Assembly (NCBI GenBank): GCA_039096225.1
Contig: JBBPEB010000009.1
Location: 372,001-436,000, forward strand
DNA from: Blastocystis sp. Blastoise
Taxonomy: Eukaryota; Protista; Bigyra: Opalinata
Direction: 5' to 3'
Length of the DNA: 64,000 nucleotides
The notes below the pieces were generated by a model, which did not search any database, was not told the origin of the DNA, and saw only the letters and a program-made list of their open reading frames with translations. Shown piece by piece: positions 1-15,158 of this stretch (positions are counted from its first letter, which is position 1; each line of letters begins with the position of its first letter). A program made the position numbers and the translations under genes.

Positions 1-135
1 AATAAATATAATATATCCAATAATAATAAACATAATATAATAATAAATAATAAATAATAATATATCCAATAATAATAAACATAATAGAATAATAATAAAA
101 TAAATAATAATATATCCAATAATAATAAATATAAT
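1..135. repeat. About 50-bp intronic tandem repeat
   Basis: TATATCCAATAATAATAAA at about 12, 61 and 111. Confidence 0.75.
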
Positions 136-141
136 ATATAC

Positions 142-734
142 TTCTTGCTTCGCCTTTACACCTCTAATAAGTCCTGCCGTTTCTTCTTCATCTGCATCTT
201 TAGCTTCTTTTAGCTTCTTCTTTAAATCTTTCTTAGCCTATATATAGAACATTGATACTATTAAAACTAATTAAAATAATATATATATATAAATTATTAA
301 ATATTCCTATTCAAATGCTAATTAAAATATAAGAAATCATAAATAAATACCTCTTTTTGAGATTTTTCAAGAGCACTTTTCGTAGCATCCATATTATCTC
401 GAATGGATTTCACAAGATCACGAACATCATTTAAATAGCTTTTTCTTCGTATTATCTCATCTGTATCAATATATTGTGCAGCATCCTTACTAATATGATG
501 AGACTCCACATCACTAATGCATTTTTGTAACTCAGCTACTAACTCTTCCAATTCCTGAAGGTTCTGAAGCAACTTTTTTGTATCAATTCTAAACTGTGAT
601 GTATATGCAATAGCACCTTTAGCAACAATTGTAGACCATTTCTCATATAATTCACGTGTGACTGAGAGACGATGCTCCAAATCTTCCCGAACGTAAAAGT
701 AAGGATCTCCAGTAAAATCTTTAGACTTATTCAT
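142..734 (-). CDS. Syntaxin-6/Tlg1-like Qc-SNARE, 5' exons (351-734, 142-237); gene continues off the left edge
   Basis: N-terminus DPYFYVREDL...LEELVAEL...E.H...IDTDEIIRRKSYL matches the Syntaxin-6_N pattern. GT-AG intron 238-350 and a further donor at 141. Confidence 0.75.
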
Positions 735-991
735 TTAATAAAACATATAATATCCTTAATAATTTTTGAAACATTTTTAGCAAAAAAAATTAACTGACTT
801 TTTTGTTTTATGTATTTTTATTATTTTAAGTATGAAGTGATATAGATTATATTCGAAAAAAATACAGTTTTGTAAACGTTCCACTTTTTTTTAATTTCAG
901 GATCCATTTATATATCCTATATAGGTCTTATCATGGAGGAATCATTGATCATATGCATATAAATGTTAGATTTTGACTTTGATAATAAGTC

Positions 992-1576
992 ATGATAGAG
1001 TTTCCAAAGGATTTGGAAGAGTATGAGCAGTATATGCATGGAAAATGTTTATTTGGTCAAGAAATTCTGTTGTTCTATGATGGTGATGAGCAGAAGCCAT
1101 ATGTAGCTGTTGTAGGTCACAATAGAAAGGTGATACCGAAGGATATCGATACAAGAATCTTTTATCATTTGAGTGAAGATGCAGATAATCGAGGTGATAG
1201 CGATATTATGCAAGAATATCTTACTGATTTTTACTTTAATCCAGAGAATCATAAAATCTATGGAGGATATACAGATCCAGAATATGGTTTTGTTTCTATT
1301 ACTAGTTATTATTCTTCTTATGAAAGAAAATATTATAAATCAAATAGAAATGGTCCTCAACATCATGATAATATATGGAAACGATCTGAGTTGAAGATAC
1401 AATGTTCTGGTCATTTTAAAATTCATCCTCGATATCATACATTTACTATGCCCTCTGAGTACTTGCCTGATATCATATTAAATAATGAAGGAAAAACATT
1501 ATATCTCCGTTGGAATTGTAAAGTTAACAAACAAATTAAACTTTTTATAGATGGAATCGAAGTGATTTATGAATGA
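992..1576 (+). CDS. Hypothetical protein, possibly a divergent TLDc-like fold
   Basis: 194-aa ORF with normal protein composition. KIYGGYTD and C-terminal FIDGIEV weakly resemble TLDc motifs (IFGGYT, EVEV). Confidence 0.55.
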   Translation: MIEFPKDLEEYEQYMHGKCLFGQEILLFYDGDEQKPYVAVVGHNRKVIPKDIDTRIFYHLSEDADNRGDSDIMQEYLTDFYFNPENHKIYGGYTDPEYGFVSITSYYSSYERKYYKSNRNGPQHHDNIWKRSELKIQCSGHFKIHPRYHTFTMPSEYLPDIILNNEGKTLYLRWNCKVNKQIKLFIDGIEVIYE

Positions 1577-1802
1577 AATAAATATTTAATTGTTTGGTTG
1601 TAATAAATAAATATAAATAAATAAATAAATATATATATATATATAGAAAAAAACCCTTTAACAAAACAATTTTTAACAATAAAACAAAGATCTTTGATAT
1701 ACATATATAGACGAATGATAAGTTCAGGAAATATAAAGAACATAAGAGAAATGACATATATATCTAGTTTTATATAGAAAATGAATAAGGTAGTACTTAT
1801 GT

Positions 1803-2861
1803 TTAATTAACTGTAAGAGGTTGTACAATTTGACAAGCACCAGTACCTGATTTAATAACCTATATAAAGAAATAGTAAAATTTTGATAGAATAATAATAA
1901 TAATAATATATAGAATATAATAATAATAAACATAATAATAAACATAAAAAATATAATAAACATAATAATAATAATAAACACAATAATAATAATAAATATA
2001 ATAATAATAATAAATATAATAATAAATATAAACATCATAATACATACTTCACCTGTAGCGATTCTAGAAGAGGGTGATACCATAGAATCTTTATATCCAT
2101 AAAGAGAAGAGTTTTGTAAGAAATGTGTGGTAGTTTCATAAGACATTTGAAGAAGAGGTGAATCACAGTATTCGAGACCTTGTCTATTCATAGGACGGAA
2201 GCCTCCATCTTGAGTCATATAATCAGCAATAAGCATTAAATGTCTATAATCGACACTAATACCATAGACGGCAAAGACACTGTTAATTTGATGTACAATA
2301 GCATAACGAGCAGCTTCAACACCATATGTATGTAAAATAGCACCGATATCATTAGATTGAATGTGATTTACATCAACATCTTCACTAAACTGCCAAACAA
2401 CAGGGAAGTTAATACCTTCACATTGAACAACATATCTATCACTAGCGTTAGCATCGGATTTAGGTTTAAGATAGTTACAATTCTTAATACCTTGAACACT
2501 AGTAACTGTTAACTGTTCTGATACTTCTTCAGCTAAATTCAACTATATATATAATTATATTATTTATTAATAATAAATATATAATAAATATAATAATAAA
2601 AATAATAATAAAAATAATAATAAAAATAATAATAAAAATGAATATAATATAATATAAATACCATAAGGATCTTAGGAGCATTAGTAGGGAAGTCTAATTC
2701 AATAACCACTTCATTTGTAGGTATATAATAATAGACGCGACGATAGAACTTTACACGTTGACACATACCAAAGGGTTCAATAAATTCACATCCTTTAGGA
2801 AGATCAGCAATTAATAAGGAATAATCAACCTATATATAGATATAGAATCATAATAATTATA

Positions 2862-2903
<42 letters not shown>

Positions 2904-3990
2904 TAAATAATAATATATATACAGCAGTAGAGACAGTTGAGTGTTTAGTTGATTTAGCTTTAGTAAAAGTAGTCACATCTTGTTCTTTAATCTTCATTTG
3001 AAGGTCTTTAGCAGTCTTAATATCAGATATATCAACATCAGGATATTTATTCTTAAAAGTAACTAAATCAGCTTGGAAGCGAGAAGCTAAACGTTGTTTC
3101 TTATTCTCTTTAGCTTCTTCCGTTTCATCATCACTTTCTAATTCATTAATATCATTATTATCACTGTCACTATCACTATTATTATTATTATCTTCTTTCT
3201 TCTCTTCTTCTTCATCAGATTTCTCCATATAATTATCATCATCCTCATAAGCAGCTGTTTCTTTCTTAGAACCAAACTTTAATGTACCTTGTTCATCATT
3301 ATCTTCTTGTTCATCATCGTCATCATCATCATCTTCGGAGTCCGCTACGGGTTTTACTATATCCTTTTGTTGATTCTTTGATAATTTGACTTGATCATTA
3401 AGAGAAGTATCTTTAGCTCCGAAGAGACTATTTAAGTTATATACATTACCACCTCTCTTGGCTTTCTTTAATTCTTTTATAATCTATATAATAATAATAA
3501 TAAAGATAAACATAATAATAATAATAAAGATAATAACAATATTATATATATACAGCTTGACAGAAATTAGGGAGATATCCTTCTTTGATGAATCCCAGGA
3601 GAGTTTCTTTGTTAATACCGTGAACTCTATTAATATCCTCTATATTAGCAAGGTGCATATGAACTTTATATCTACGAACATAACCACTATTAGGTACCAA
3701 AGGATCTTTCTTAACAATTTGTTCATAAACAGTGAAATTCTCATGGGGATCTAATAATTCTTCTAATTGTAAACGATGTAATTCTCTTACTATATTCTCA
3801 GCCTATTTAAATAATATAATAAGATAATAATAATAATATATAATAATATATAATAATATATAATAATAATATATATATATACATGTATTTGTTGTCTATC
3901 TGCCTTTAAAGGTATTTCCATGAGAGGAGTCTTAATGGCCTGAGAAGCAGTCATAATAATTTCACGTAAACGAGGAATACCTATAGTAAT

Positions 3991-4048
<58 letters not shown>

Positions 4049-7000
4049 TTAATAATAAAAATAATAAAATAAAAATAAAAATAATAAAATAAAAATAAAA
4101 ATTAATAAAAAAAAAAAAAAAATAATAATAATAATAAAAAAAATAATAAATATAAAAATGAATAATAATAATATACCAAGTGTAACATTAACGGCACCAT
4201 GTCCAGCTAAATGGAATGTATTTAAAGTCATTTGAGTAGAAGGTTCACCAATAGATTGACCTGTAATAACACCTACAGCTTCACCTGGTTCTATTTCACT
4301 TCTCATACTCTTTAACCACATTAATAATTTAAATCCACTAGCTTCAATTTCACCTTTACCCTCCTCTTTCTTCTTCTCTGTTTCTTTATCTAATAATATA
4401 CCTTCAGGATTACGTTTACAATAATTAACTAATTGATCTTCAAATTGTTCACTAACTGCACCTACATTTCTACTTATATTTAATTGAGTATTCACAGGAT
4501 CAGGTACTCTTAAACGAATTATAGGAATACGAACACCATATTCACTATCAAAGATAACCGCGGGAATCTTCTTACATTTTGTTTGATCATCACTATAAAC
4601 AATATCATATTTAATAATATTATTCTTATTTCTAATATTGATAATAACCGCGGGTACGAAGTCTCTACTAATATTACCTAATCTCCATTCTCCATTAGGA
4701 TTCACAAGACGACGTGCTTCTATAACACTACTTTCTTTATATAAATATATATCACCTTTTTCATTACAAGCTTTTTCTTCTTCTAATTCTTTCATAACAA
4801 CACGACGTTCCTCATGTTTAATTACACTATTTTCCATATCTAAGCCAGTATCTTTAAAGTAATTATCATATACACCAAATTTATACATAAGTGTTTTATA
4901 ATTACGAGCTAAGAAAGATAATTGACTATCTGTACCTTCCATATATTTAGATTTAGAAACATCAATACCATCATCACCATATAAGAATTGAATAACATTT
5001 CCTTCACTATTACGTACTGTATAATCATATTGAACAACTAAATCTTCTAAATGTTTAATAACACAACGTTGTAAATATCCAGAACGACTAGTTTTAACAG
5101 CAGTATCAACTAAACCTTCACGGCCAGCCATACAATGGAAGAAATACTCTTGAGGACGAATACCTGTTAAGAAACGATCACTAACAAATCCACCAGCTCT
5201 AGGTAAGACATCATAAGGAGAAAAAGAAGGTAATGCTTTACCACTTGGCATAATAGGTACACGACGACCTTCTAATTCTTGTTGACCTAAACAACAAGAT
5301 ACTTGGGAATGATTAACTATAGAACCTTTAGCACCTGATTGAACTAAACAACTAAAACAATTCTTTGGGAAATTCAAAATTAAACCATGAGGAAGACATA
5401 CTTGAATAATCTCTATAATTATATTATTTAGTATATTAATAATAATAAAAAATAACTAAAAATAATAAAAATAAAATAATAATAATAAAATAATAATAAT
5501 AAAATAATAATAAACAATAATAAAAAAAATAATAATAAAAATGATAAAAAATAAATAAAATGCATACCTGAAGAAATAGGAGATACAATAGCTTTCATAG
5601 CATTATCAAGATCAATACCAAATTCTTTATTTGTACTAATATACTTCTTTCTAATTTCTAAACGAATTCTAGCTTTCTTTTCTTCAAAAGTCATATCTTT
5701 CATTTCATCTTTTAATTCAAGGAATGTTTCTAAGCCATTTACAGCTCTATTAACACTATCATCAATAATAGCTCTTCTTTGTTTTTCTGATTTTTCATTT
5801 AAAATTAAATCATCCATAGTACAAGTAAAACCATGTTTTTGAAGGAAATAAGTAAATAAACGACCAAAACAACTTAATGTATTACTAGCCATATCAGCAC
5901 CATATATTTCATATATACCATGAATAAGAGAATAAGTAGTAGCACCATATAAACTCTTATCTAAAACACCTCTTAATAATTCATTATCTTCGACAAGTAC
6001 TAATTGTTCTCCTAACTGAGGACCCGTAACATTCTTTCCTTCACCCCACGCTTTATCACCTACTTTAGCTTTACCCGTATAATTAATAGGAGGAAGAGAA
6101 CCAATTAAATGATTTAATATAGAAGTAATGACTTGTTTACCTGTCCATAAAGGTTGAGGCTTATATATACAAGGAGGTACAATCTTAACAAAAGCAGTAG
6201 TACGACCTTTATCTATACCTGCAATAGCTACATATAATAATTGTTGATATTCTTCACGAGTAAGGAAAGTATCACGTTTAGTTAATAAGAAACCAGAAGC
6301 TACATGATCCTATATATAAGTTGGCATAGGATTATTATTAGTAAATAATAAATAATAAATAATAAATAATAATAATAATAATAAATATATAATATATACT
6401 TGAATAAGACCTCTAAGAGGAGATCCATCCTTAGCAGATACATATTGATATTTAGCACAAACAATATTATAAGCTTCAGCTCTGGCCATTTCATTTTGAG
6501 GGAAATGAATATTAATTTCATCACCATCAAAATCAGCATTAAAAGTATTACAATTACTGTAATGCATACGAATAGTTTGACGACTAGAATGTAATATACG
6601 AGTCTTTAAAGCCATAATAGATGCCTTATGAACTATATACAGGAGAGAGACAATAAGTATAATAATAATTAGAATAATAAATAGAGTATATACGTGTAGG
6701 TTGTCTATTCACAAGAACAATATCACCATCCTGAAGATTTCTCCATACTCTCTTGACTCTATAGAATATTAATAATAAATATATTAATAATAAATATAAT
6801 AAATATAATAATAAACATAATAATAATATAATAAATATATACTTATTTTGAGCATTAATACTCTTATTAAGAAGTGTTTTAGCTAAAGCTTTTCTTTGTC
6901 CTCTATTACGTCTTGAGAGATCAATTAAACGACCTCCTTCTTCTTCTACATAACGAGCACCAGGATATTCTTCAATACCATTCTCTACACGTTGACGAAG

Positions 7001-7346
7001 CATAGCAATATTATAGGAAGTAACAGGTTCAGGATAAATAAGTTCTTTAGCAAAACGAAGAGGTATACCTACTTCATCAGTATCTATATAGGGATCAGGA
7101 GCAATAACAGAACGAGCAGCGAAATTCACACGTTTACCCATCATATTCATACGGAATAAACCTTCTTTCTTTTCTAATAACTGACGAATACCAGAAGATG
7201 TTTCTCCACCTCTGGTCTTACTACTATCAATATATGCATTAACATTATCTTGCATCTCAATCCAATCATCAATAGCCTTATGAATTGTATATTCATCCTT
7301 ACCTTCTAATTCTATATATATATATATATTATTATTGTTATTAATC

Positions 7347-7385
<39 letters not shown>

Positions 7386-7711
7386 GTTGTTTGCCTTCTA
7401 AAGTATCTTTAACACCTAATTGCATCATTTGATAATTCAAACGTAATATTTTAGATAAGTAAACATTTTGAGGATGTTCGAACATTTCTCCATGTAAATG
7501 TTGAGGGGGTCTGAAACGAGAAGGAGTTACAGGTAATACACGAAGGAAAAATACACGATATCCATCAGTTTCATCTTTATCCGTCATAAAACCAACAGAA
7601 GTAACTTGAGGAATATAAATAAGATTAATAATTTCTCTTTCTTTAGTCCATAATTCATGTAATTGGAATTCAACTTCAAGTGGAGGAACATATCTATATA
7701 ATAATAATAAT

Positions 7712-7742
<31 letters not shown>

Positions 7743-9049
7743 CTTAGCCCCTGTATCAATATCTTCTTCTTCTTCTATTTCATCTTCATCTTTCCCTACG
7801 ATAGCATCTTCTAATCCTAATTCTTCTTGAACTTTCATAGATATATCTAACTTATTTGGTTTATCTAATATATGACCAATATCCACATCTTCTTCAGGAT
7901 CAATCTCGGCAGCTTCCATATCTATATCTTCAGCACCTTCTACTTTATTTAACTATAGATAATAATAATATAAATAATAATAATATAAATATAATAATAA
8001 ACATAATAATAATAACATAAGCATAATAATAATAATATACATAGTCAAGAGAAGATAATTCAAGAAGTGGTTTTACAATACGACCTCTGGCAGCATTATT
8101 ACGAATATTCTTCTTACTTAAATTACGAAGGAAAATCTTTGAATAACCATCTCTTCGTACAGAGGGACTGAAACAGCCACAATTAGCACACTTCTGACTA
8201 GGAATATTCTTAACATAACTACTAATTAACTCACGATAATAACGACGAGCATGAGCATAGACTTTAGGATCTTTTGAATCAGTCTTAGCAGCAGCTAATT
8301 TAGCTTCATATTTAGCAAAAACAGACTAAAAAATAATAATAATAATAATTAAAAAAATAATAATAATAATAATTAAAAAAATAATAATAATAATTAAAAA
8401 AAAAATAATAATAATAATTAAAAAAAAAAAACATTTAATTAAAAAATATCACAAACATCTATATAAATACTTCAATTCTTTCAGAACGTTCTTCTGAGCT
8501 TTCTCTTAGATTTCCATTAGCAGATTCCATTTCAGTAGGTAAATCCATGGCTTCCTTTAAACAACCTCTATTGATAAGCTTTAATTGTAAAGCAACACGA
8601 CGAGTAATAGCGGAATTAATTCTAAAATGATGGCAAAATTGACATTCATGTTTAAATAAAGAAAGTAAAATAGGAAATAATATAGGATTATAAACAGGAA
8701 CTTCAAGTTCAATATGTCCCATATGTCCAGGACAATCCTATAGGATAAAATAACAAATGAAAAATAATAAAAAGAAAAAATGTACTTCAAAAGATCTTAA
8801 ACAAGTAGGACACTTTTGGTGGAATTCATTAGGACCTAAAGCAGGATCATAAAGACCACTATAGATATTTAATAAAGAATAAAAAAAAAGATTAATCAAA
8901 TACTCAGCGACAGGTTTGTTATCGGCATCAAAAGCAACTGGTGAGACAATACGTTTGACACTCATCTTTTTAACTTCTTCTGGCTTGAAAAATCCAAAAC
9001 CAGTGGATACAATTTCATGGGTAAGGGGAGTAGCAAGAAGATTTTCCAT
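1803..9049 (-). CDS. RPA1: DNA-directed RNA polymerase I largest subunit (multi-exon)
   Basis: [109 protein letters not shown]. Pol I-type acidic insertion; GT-AG introns join in frame; TAA at 1803-1805. Confidence 0.96.
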
Positions 9050-9540
9050 TTTTCTATATAAGATTCGACTAGACTTAGGTATCTAATACATACTAGACCG
9101 AAATATCTCGAAGAAAGGATAAAACCCTTGCTAATTCTTTTATAGGAAATATAAATGAAACAGTAACTGACCACAAATCGAGATTAAAGGAAATCTATGA
9201 TATTGGCTATGCTATTTTCGTATCCCCGTGGAAATCACTTTTTCCTCGCTATTCACCTCAAAGATGCCATTGCCTTCCTGAAAGCGTTTTGTCTCTTATT
9301 TAAATAAACTTTCTAAGGGAAGTGATTCATTCTTTCAGGGAAAGGATTCACTTTTTTTTTGGGAACAAATTCAACAAATACTAAGTCCATATCATATGAG
9401 TTTATCAAGGCCTATGAAGTTTTTTCTTGTTGTTTGCCTTTCTATCTTTCTTGTAGTAAGTTTTATTTTCATATATTCTTTCGATGATTTCGCAATTTTG
9501 TTTTTAGTTTATGCAACTCTCTGTAATTATATCGACAATC

Positions 9541-10768
9541 ATGGTAAGAAATGGTATGGAAATGAATGAATCTAGTAATAATGCTAATTTATATAGTTGC
9601 AAAAGAAAGTCAGGTTAATTATGGTTTATTCTTTCAACCTGTATGTTTCATATTATTTCTTATTATTAGTGTATCTTATTATCTTTGAATTTATAGTATC
9701 ATGAAACAGCAAATGACGTTGACGTTCGTTTATTTGATGTACCTCCACCTAAAGAAGAGTATTTTCATTCTATTCTATATTTATTGAAATGAGAAACCTA
9801 TGAATATTCATATAGGTATCTATTGGTTCTTGGTATGACAACTGGACCTATTAATAAAGTATTTTTCTTTTTTCTTTTAAAAAAATATTTTAGTTATAAT
9901 CCTTTGTAAGGATGTATAAAGTTATTGTATATATATTCATTATTATTAGGAAAAGAACTTTTATATGAATACCATGAAGGCTTTATTAATGTATCCTGAA
10001 GTATTATTAGTTTTATTTACAGATACGAAAGAATGGTGTACTATCGCTAGATCTTTAGGGATACGATATATATATAAACCTGTGTATATAGTTTTATTAT
10101 TATTATTATTATTTATATTTTATTATTATTCTATTTTATTATTATTCTATTTTATTATTTATTATTTATATCTTATACTATAAAAGTGACTTTTTATAAA
10201 TTATAATACATTCATAAACAAATGATTAATATTACATATAGACTATTATCATTAATCTCTATATTATTCTATATATACATAGTCTTAATGAGTATAATAT
10301 ACCCTTTTTAACACCTATGTTACAAACATTAGAATCTAATTTTAATGGTTATTTCTATGGATTTATTAATAGCGATATTCTCGTGGGACAACGCGTCATC
10401 GACGTACTTGAACAACTCAAACAAAAACGAGAAAACCATCAAATTAAAGATAAAATATTTTATATATATATATATTTTTAATCTTAATAATAAGAATAAT
10501 ATATATATGCATGTATGAGTATTAATAATTATCTATAAATTATCTGTATTGAAATATATTAAAGATAATGCTATATATATATAAATGATAATTATTGTTT
10601 AAAAGAATATATATATTTAGATATTTATCTCTGGTCGTCGAATTAACGTAGTTTTCCCTTTTAATTTCGAGATTCCCACGAATAAAACGGAATATGAAGA
10701 ATTCCTCGTCAATACCGTGTATAATCCTACAAAGAAGAATAAAAATATCGTTTATCATTATTGCTCAG

Positions 10769-10814
<46 letters not shown>

Positions 10815-11736
10815 TAATTCTATACTGTTGTTTATATATGTTTTTATGATATAATTAATTGAATATAATGTATACATATAATTATAATAAACTATTATTA
10901 TAGAATCATAATATTATGTTTATTTTTAAATTTCATTCTAAAAATATTATATATATATATATATATAATTTTTATAGGATTTGTTTATACATACAAAAGG
11001 TACTTATTCCTATGACGATTTGTACTTCATCGTCATCGCTCGTAACGGCTATGACACCCTCCTTATGGATGTTATGGGGAATGATCCGACTGTCTCTACA
11101 GTCACTCTAGACTGGGAAGGTATATTTATAATATATATATATATATTATAATTATTATTATAATATATATATGTTTTATAATAATTATTATAATATATAT
11201 ATATTATAATTCATGATTCTATTTAATAATAATAATTATTTTCGCATGTATATATATATATATATATATAATTATCTCTCTATATATCTAGCAATGTTAG
11301 TACATCAAACGGGAAAACATTCTTTATCTACATTTCAATTATTTGAAAATAACTTTTTATATAATTTAAATGATAAGGATTTAGCTTGGAATTATATTGG
11401 TATGAGAAAAAGAAGCACAGAAAATAAAGATTTTGTCGGTCTTCCTTTTTATAAGTATCTAGATAGCTTTAATGGGAGATATGATAAGTTTAATTGCCAT
11501 CGCGAACTAGACTATTTTGTGAGTATATATATATTATATACTATCTATTTCTTGTATTTCTATCTCATTTATATAATATTATTTTTGTTATATTTAACTT
11601 TTTTTATTATGTATTTAATATTTTTTTCGTAGTATATTTTATTTCTCTCTCTCTTTATATATATATTTTTTAATTGTTGCATTTCATTTTTTTCATTCTA
11701 TACTTAATATTTCTTCGTATTATAGTATTTCTCTCT

Positions 11737-11783
<47 letters not shown>

Positions 11784-12702
11784 CTTATTCGAATAATACT
11801 GTTCAGGTATATAAATATGATGGTGATGATCATTATTCAAAAGACGAACTTACTCTCATTCTGAAATATATGAAGAATTATAAATGTATATATATATTTA
11901 TTATTATTATTATTAGATTTATTATATTTATTATTATATTTATTATATTTATATATAATTGAAATTTGAATTATTATTAATATTATTATTATATATATAT
12001 ATATAGATTGTTTTGTGGCTAGTGTTCGATCTGAATCCTATATACATCACACTCTATGTGACCAAGTTATATATATGATGGAAGCTGTACCTCATAATCT
12101 GTATATATATATATAGTATTAATACTAGTATTATATATATAATATAATTAAAATATATATATATATATATAGACCACAATATCCTGATAAATGGAAGATT
12201 AATAGAGAACAACAGTATATATATATAATATATATATAGTATAATATATATAATATATATAGATTTGGTTTATATCCAACAAAATGTAGTAGTTTCATTA
12301 GAGAAGTGATGGATGCTATGAAATATATTGTTCATGCAAATTATGTGTTTTTACCGCGGGTCTGTTCTTTCCCTATAGCAAATGCTATCATATCCTTTTC
12401 TTTTATTGTATCTATTCAAATAAATATGATTATTGGATATTATATATTATAGAATATATTATAATATATATAATAAATATATAATAATATATTATATATT
12501 CTATTATATATACCCTTAATTTATTTACTATGATTATATACAGAGTTATTCAGCTATTTTATATATATATGAAGAAGCAGAAGTCGATCTTGAAGAAAAG
12601 AAACTATTTTATAATAATTATTTTGTTCTGGATAAACTTCCTCTTAACCGTATGATTGATGGACATATATATACGTATTTACTTGTTACGAAACCTTTAT
12701 AA
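9541..12702 (+). CDS. Putative GT-A-like glycosyltransferase-family protein (multi-exon; start uncertain)
   Basis: Spliced exons give NEYNIPFL...FYGFINSDILV...ISGRRIN...DLFI...VIARNGYD...HQT. TAA at 12700-12702. Confidence 0.6.
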
Positions 12703-13274
12703 ATAAATATCTATCTTTTTTTTAGCTAACAATTCTTATCATTCTATAATAATTCTTTCTTTTTCTTTTTTCCTTTTTTCATGTCTTTCATACAAATTAT
12801 TTTTGTGTCTATTTTATGTGAATTTCAGTTTTATAAATTATTTATTTTGTCACTACTGCCTATTGGTGCACTATCGATGCAATATATAATTCTTTAATCT
12901 TCTCCTATCATTGTATTGCATAGATATTCATCCTGATTTGTGCATTTATCTCAATGAATTTATTTATTTATTTTTTATTTATTTGATATATATTGTTGAC
13001 TTTTTATTTGATATATACATATCAGATCTATCAAATTAGGAATGAACATCACTTAAGAATCGTCAGATATACATAAGATGAAGATTTCGAAACATTTTTT
13101 CCTTTCTTTTTCTTCTGGATTGTTCAGTAGATACTCATAGCTATAATAAAATGAGCTTATATTTTTTAAAAATAATATAATGGCTGCTGACAAAGTTAAA
13201 GAGCAACAAAAAGTAAATCATTTCAAAAAAGACCGGGAAAATTTTAAATTTCTATTTATTTCATTAAAATAAGT

Positions 13275-14243
13275 ATGAAGTTTAGAGCTGTAATAAAATT
13301 TGAATTCTTTGATGTGTTTGCAGGTATTTCATATTAAAATGATACTTATTAAAATCAGGTGTAATTGCTGCTCAATCGAAATTATCTGATAAATTATGTT
13401 TTATGCTTGAAAATGGATGTATTAAGATATGTGCAATGAGACCTGATCGATCATTCTCCTCCTATTGCGATATTAAAAATGTATGTGTTATTCATATTTC
13501 TGTAATTAACATTAAAAAGGATTTATTTGACAACTACATTATTCAAAGTAAAGATAAGAATAAAATATCTTTTGAAATCTCTGGTTCAAATTTAATGAAG
13601 GTCATTAATGGTATTTTAAGACATATTATTCTTAGTTTAGAATTCAATAATGATTTATTCAACTATGAATAGGAATTAAAAATATAAAAGGATTGATCTT
13701 GAAGCTTACTGTAAGAGATGGTCAATCTTGTTTGACGTTTGAAATCTCTATGATTGATATCTCCCATTTAAAGCAAGATATTCCTATACAATTGCTTTCT
13801 GGACAAGATACAGATGCTTATCGTGAACCACAAACTATTCCACCAAAAGCATATCTAGATATATATTATTTTAATTATTATTTTATGTATTATCATAGAT
13901 ACTTTTATTATGTTTCTTATCCTTAAGAATATAATTATATATATATATATAGTTAAAATTACGTTTATCTTCGTTACAGGAATTACGAGAGGTTTTAGGC
14001 CGTATGCGTATAACAGAAGACACTATATATATTACGGCTACCTCCAACGGATTACTTGAAGTCATGTATCTATATATTATTTATTATATTTGATATAAAT
14101 ATTTATTATAAAGAATATATCATTATTTTTATAGAATGATATATATTTATTATAAATAAATATATATATATATAGGTCTAGAAATCAGTCTGTAGAAATG
14201 AAAACATCGTTTAATAATATACAAGTATTAAAAGGGGAAGAAG

Positions 14244-14290
<47 letters not shown>

Positions 14291-14614
14291 ACTGAATCAG
14301 ATATTACTTCTATATATATACGAATCGATAGGAAATCTCTCTCTGATGCTCTTATCTGTATTAATATGGTTCCTAAAGTAGTTCTTCTATGTATATATAT
14401 ATATTATTATGATTTTATATGAGTATATTAATGATTTATTAATTATATATATATTATTTAGGTTTTAATGATCAAGCAATGATTATTCTCGTTATCTTAA
14501 GGAATAATTTAGGTATATATATAGTAATTATAGTTTTATATATATATAATATATATAGGTACATTAACTTATTATATTCCTGGACATATTCTTGTCGATG
14601 GAGAAGATTATTAA
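13275..14614 (+). CDS. HUS1: 9-1-1 checkpoint clamp subunit HUS1
   Basis: MKFRAVI...LFDNYIIQSKDKNKISFEI...LKLT...CLTFEI...QDIPIQLL...YREP...LTYYIP, the typical Hus1 motif order; introns resolve in frame. Confidence 0.85.
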
Positions 14615-15158
14615 ATATATATATGAATATTAGTATTTAAAATGAAACTTTTTCCTTTTTCTTCTTTTTTCTGTGTTATTCTTGCAAATGTCTATCCACA
14701 TTCTTTATGTTTATTCTTGTAATTTACTACTCATTGTTTGTAAGTCGAACAACATTCTTTTACAATTAATTTTTGAATCTGTCATAATTATTATTAAAAA
14801 AAGCAAAAAAATAATTTGAAAAAAAACTGTGATACTTTTTTTCATTGAATATATATAATTGTCTATTATTTACTTTGTAATCAATTCTTTTATTAGGTCA
14901 AAATCCTTTTTAATTCATATTAAAAAGTTCAAGAAAACATACTTTTATCTTTTAATATGTTTAGATTTATATATGTAGAAGAATCTTCTATAATTCATTT
15001 TTATAAGAATAAAAACGTTAATTTTTCTTAATTAATGAATAAAAAAAAACACATAAAAACATGATTAGAGTAATAAATACATAACAAAAAGAATATATAT
15101 ATAATAATACAGATAATAAATATAAGTAAATATATATAAAATTGAAATATAGTTTTTT

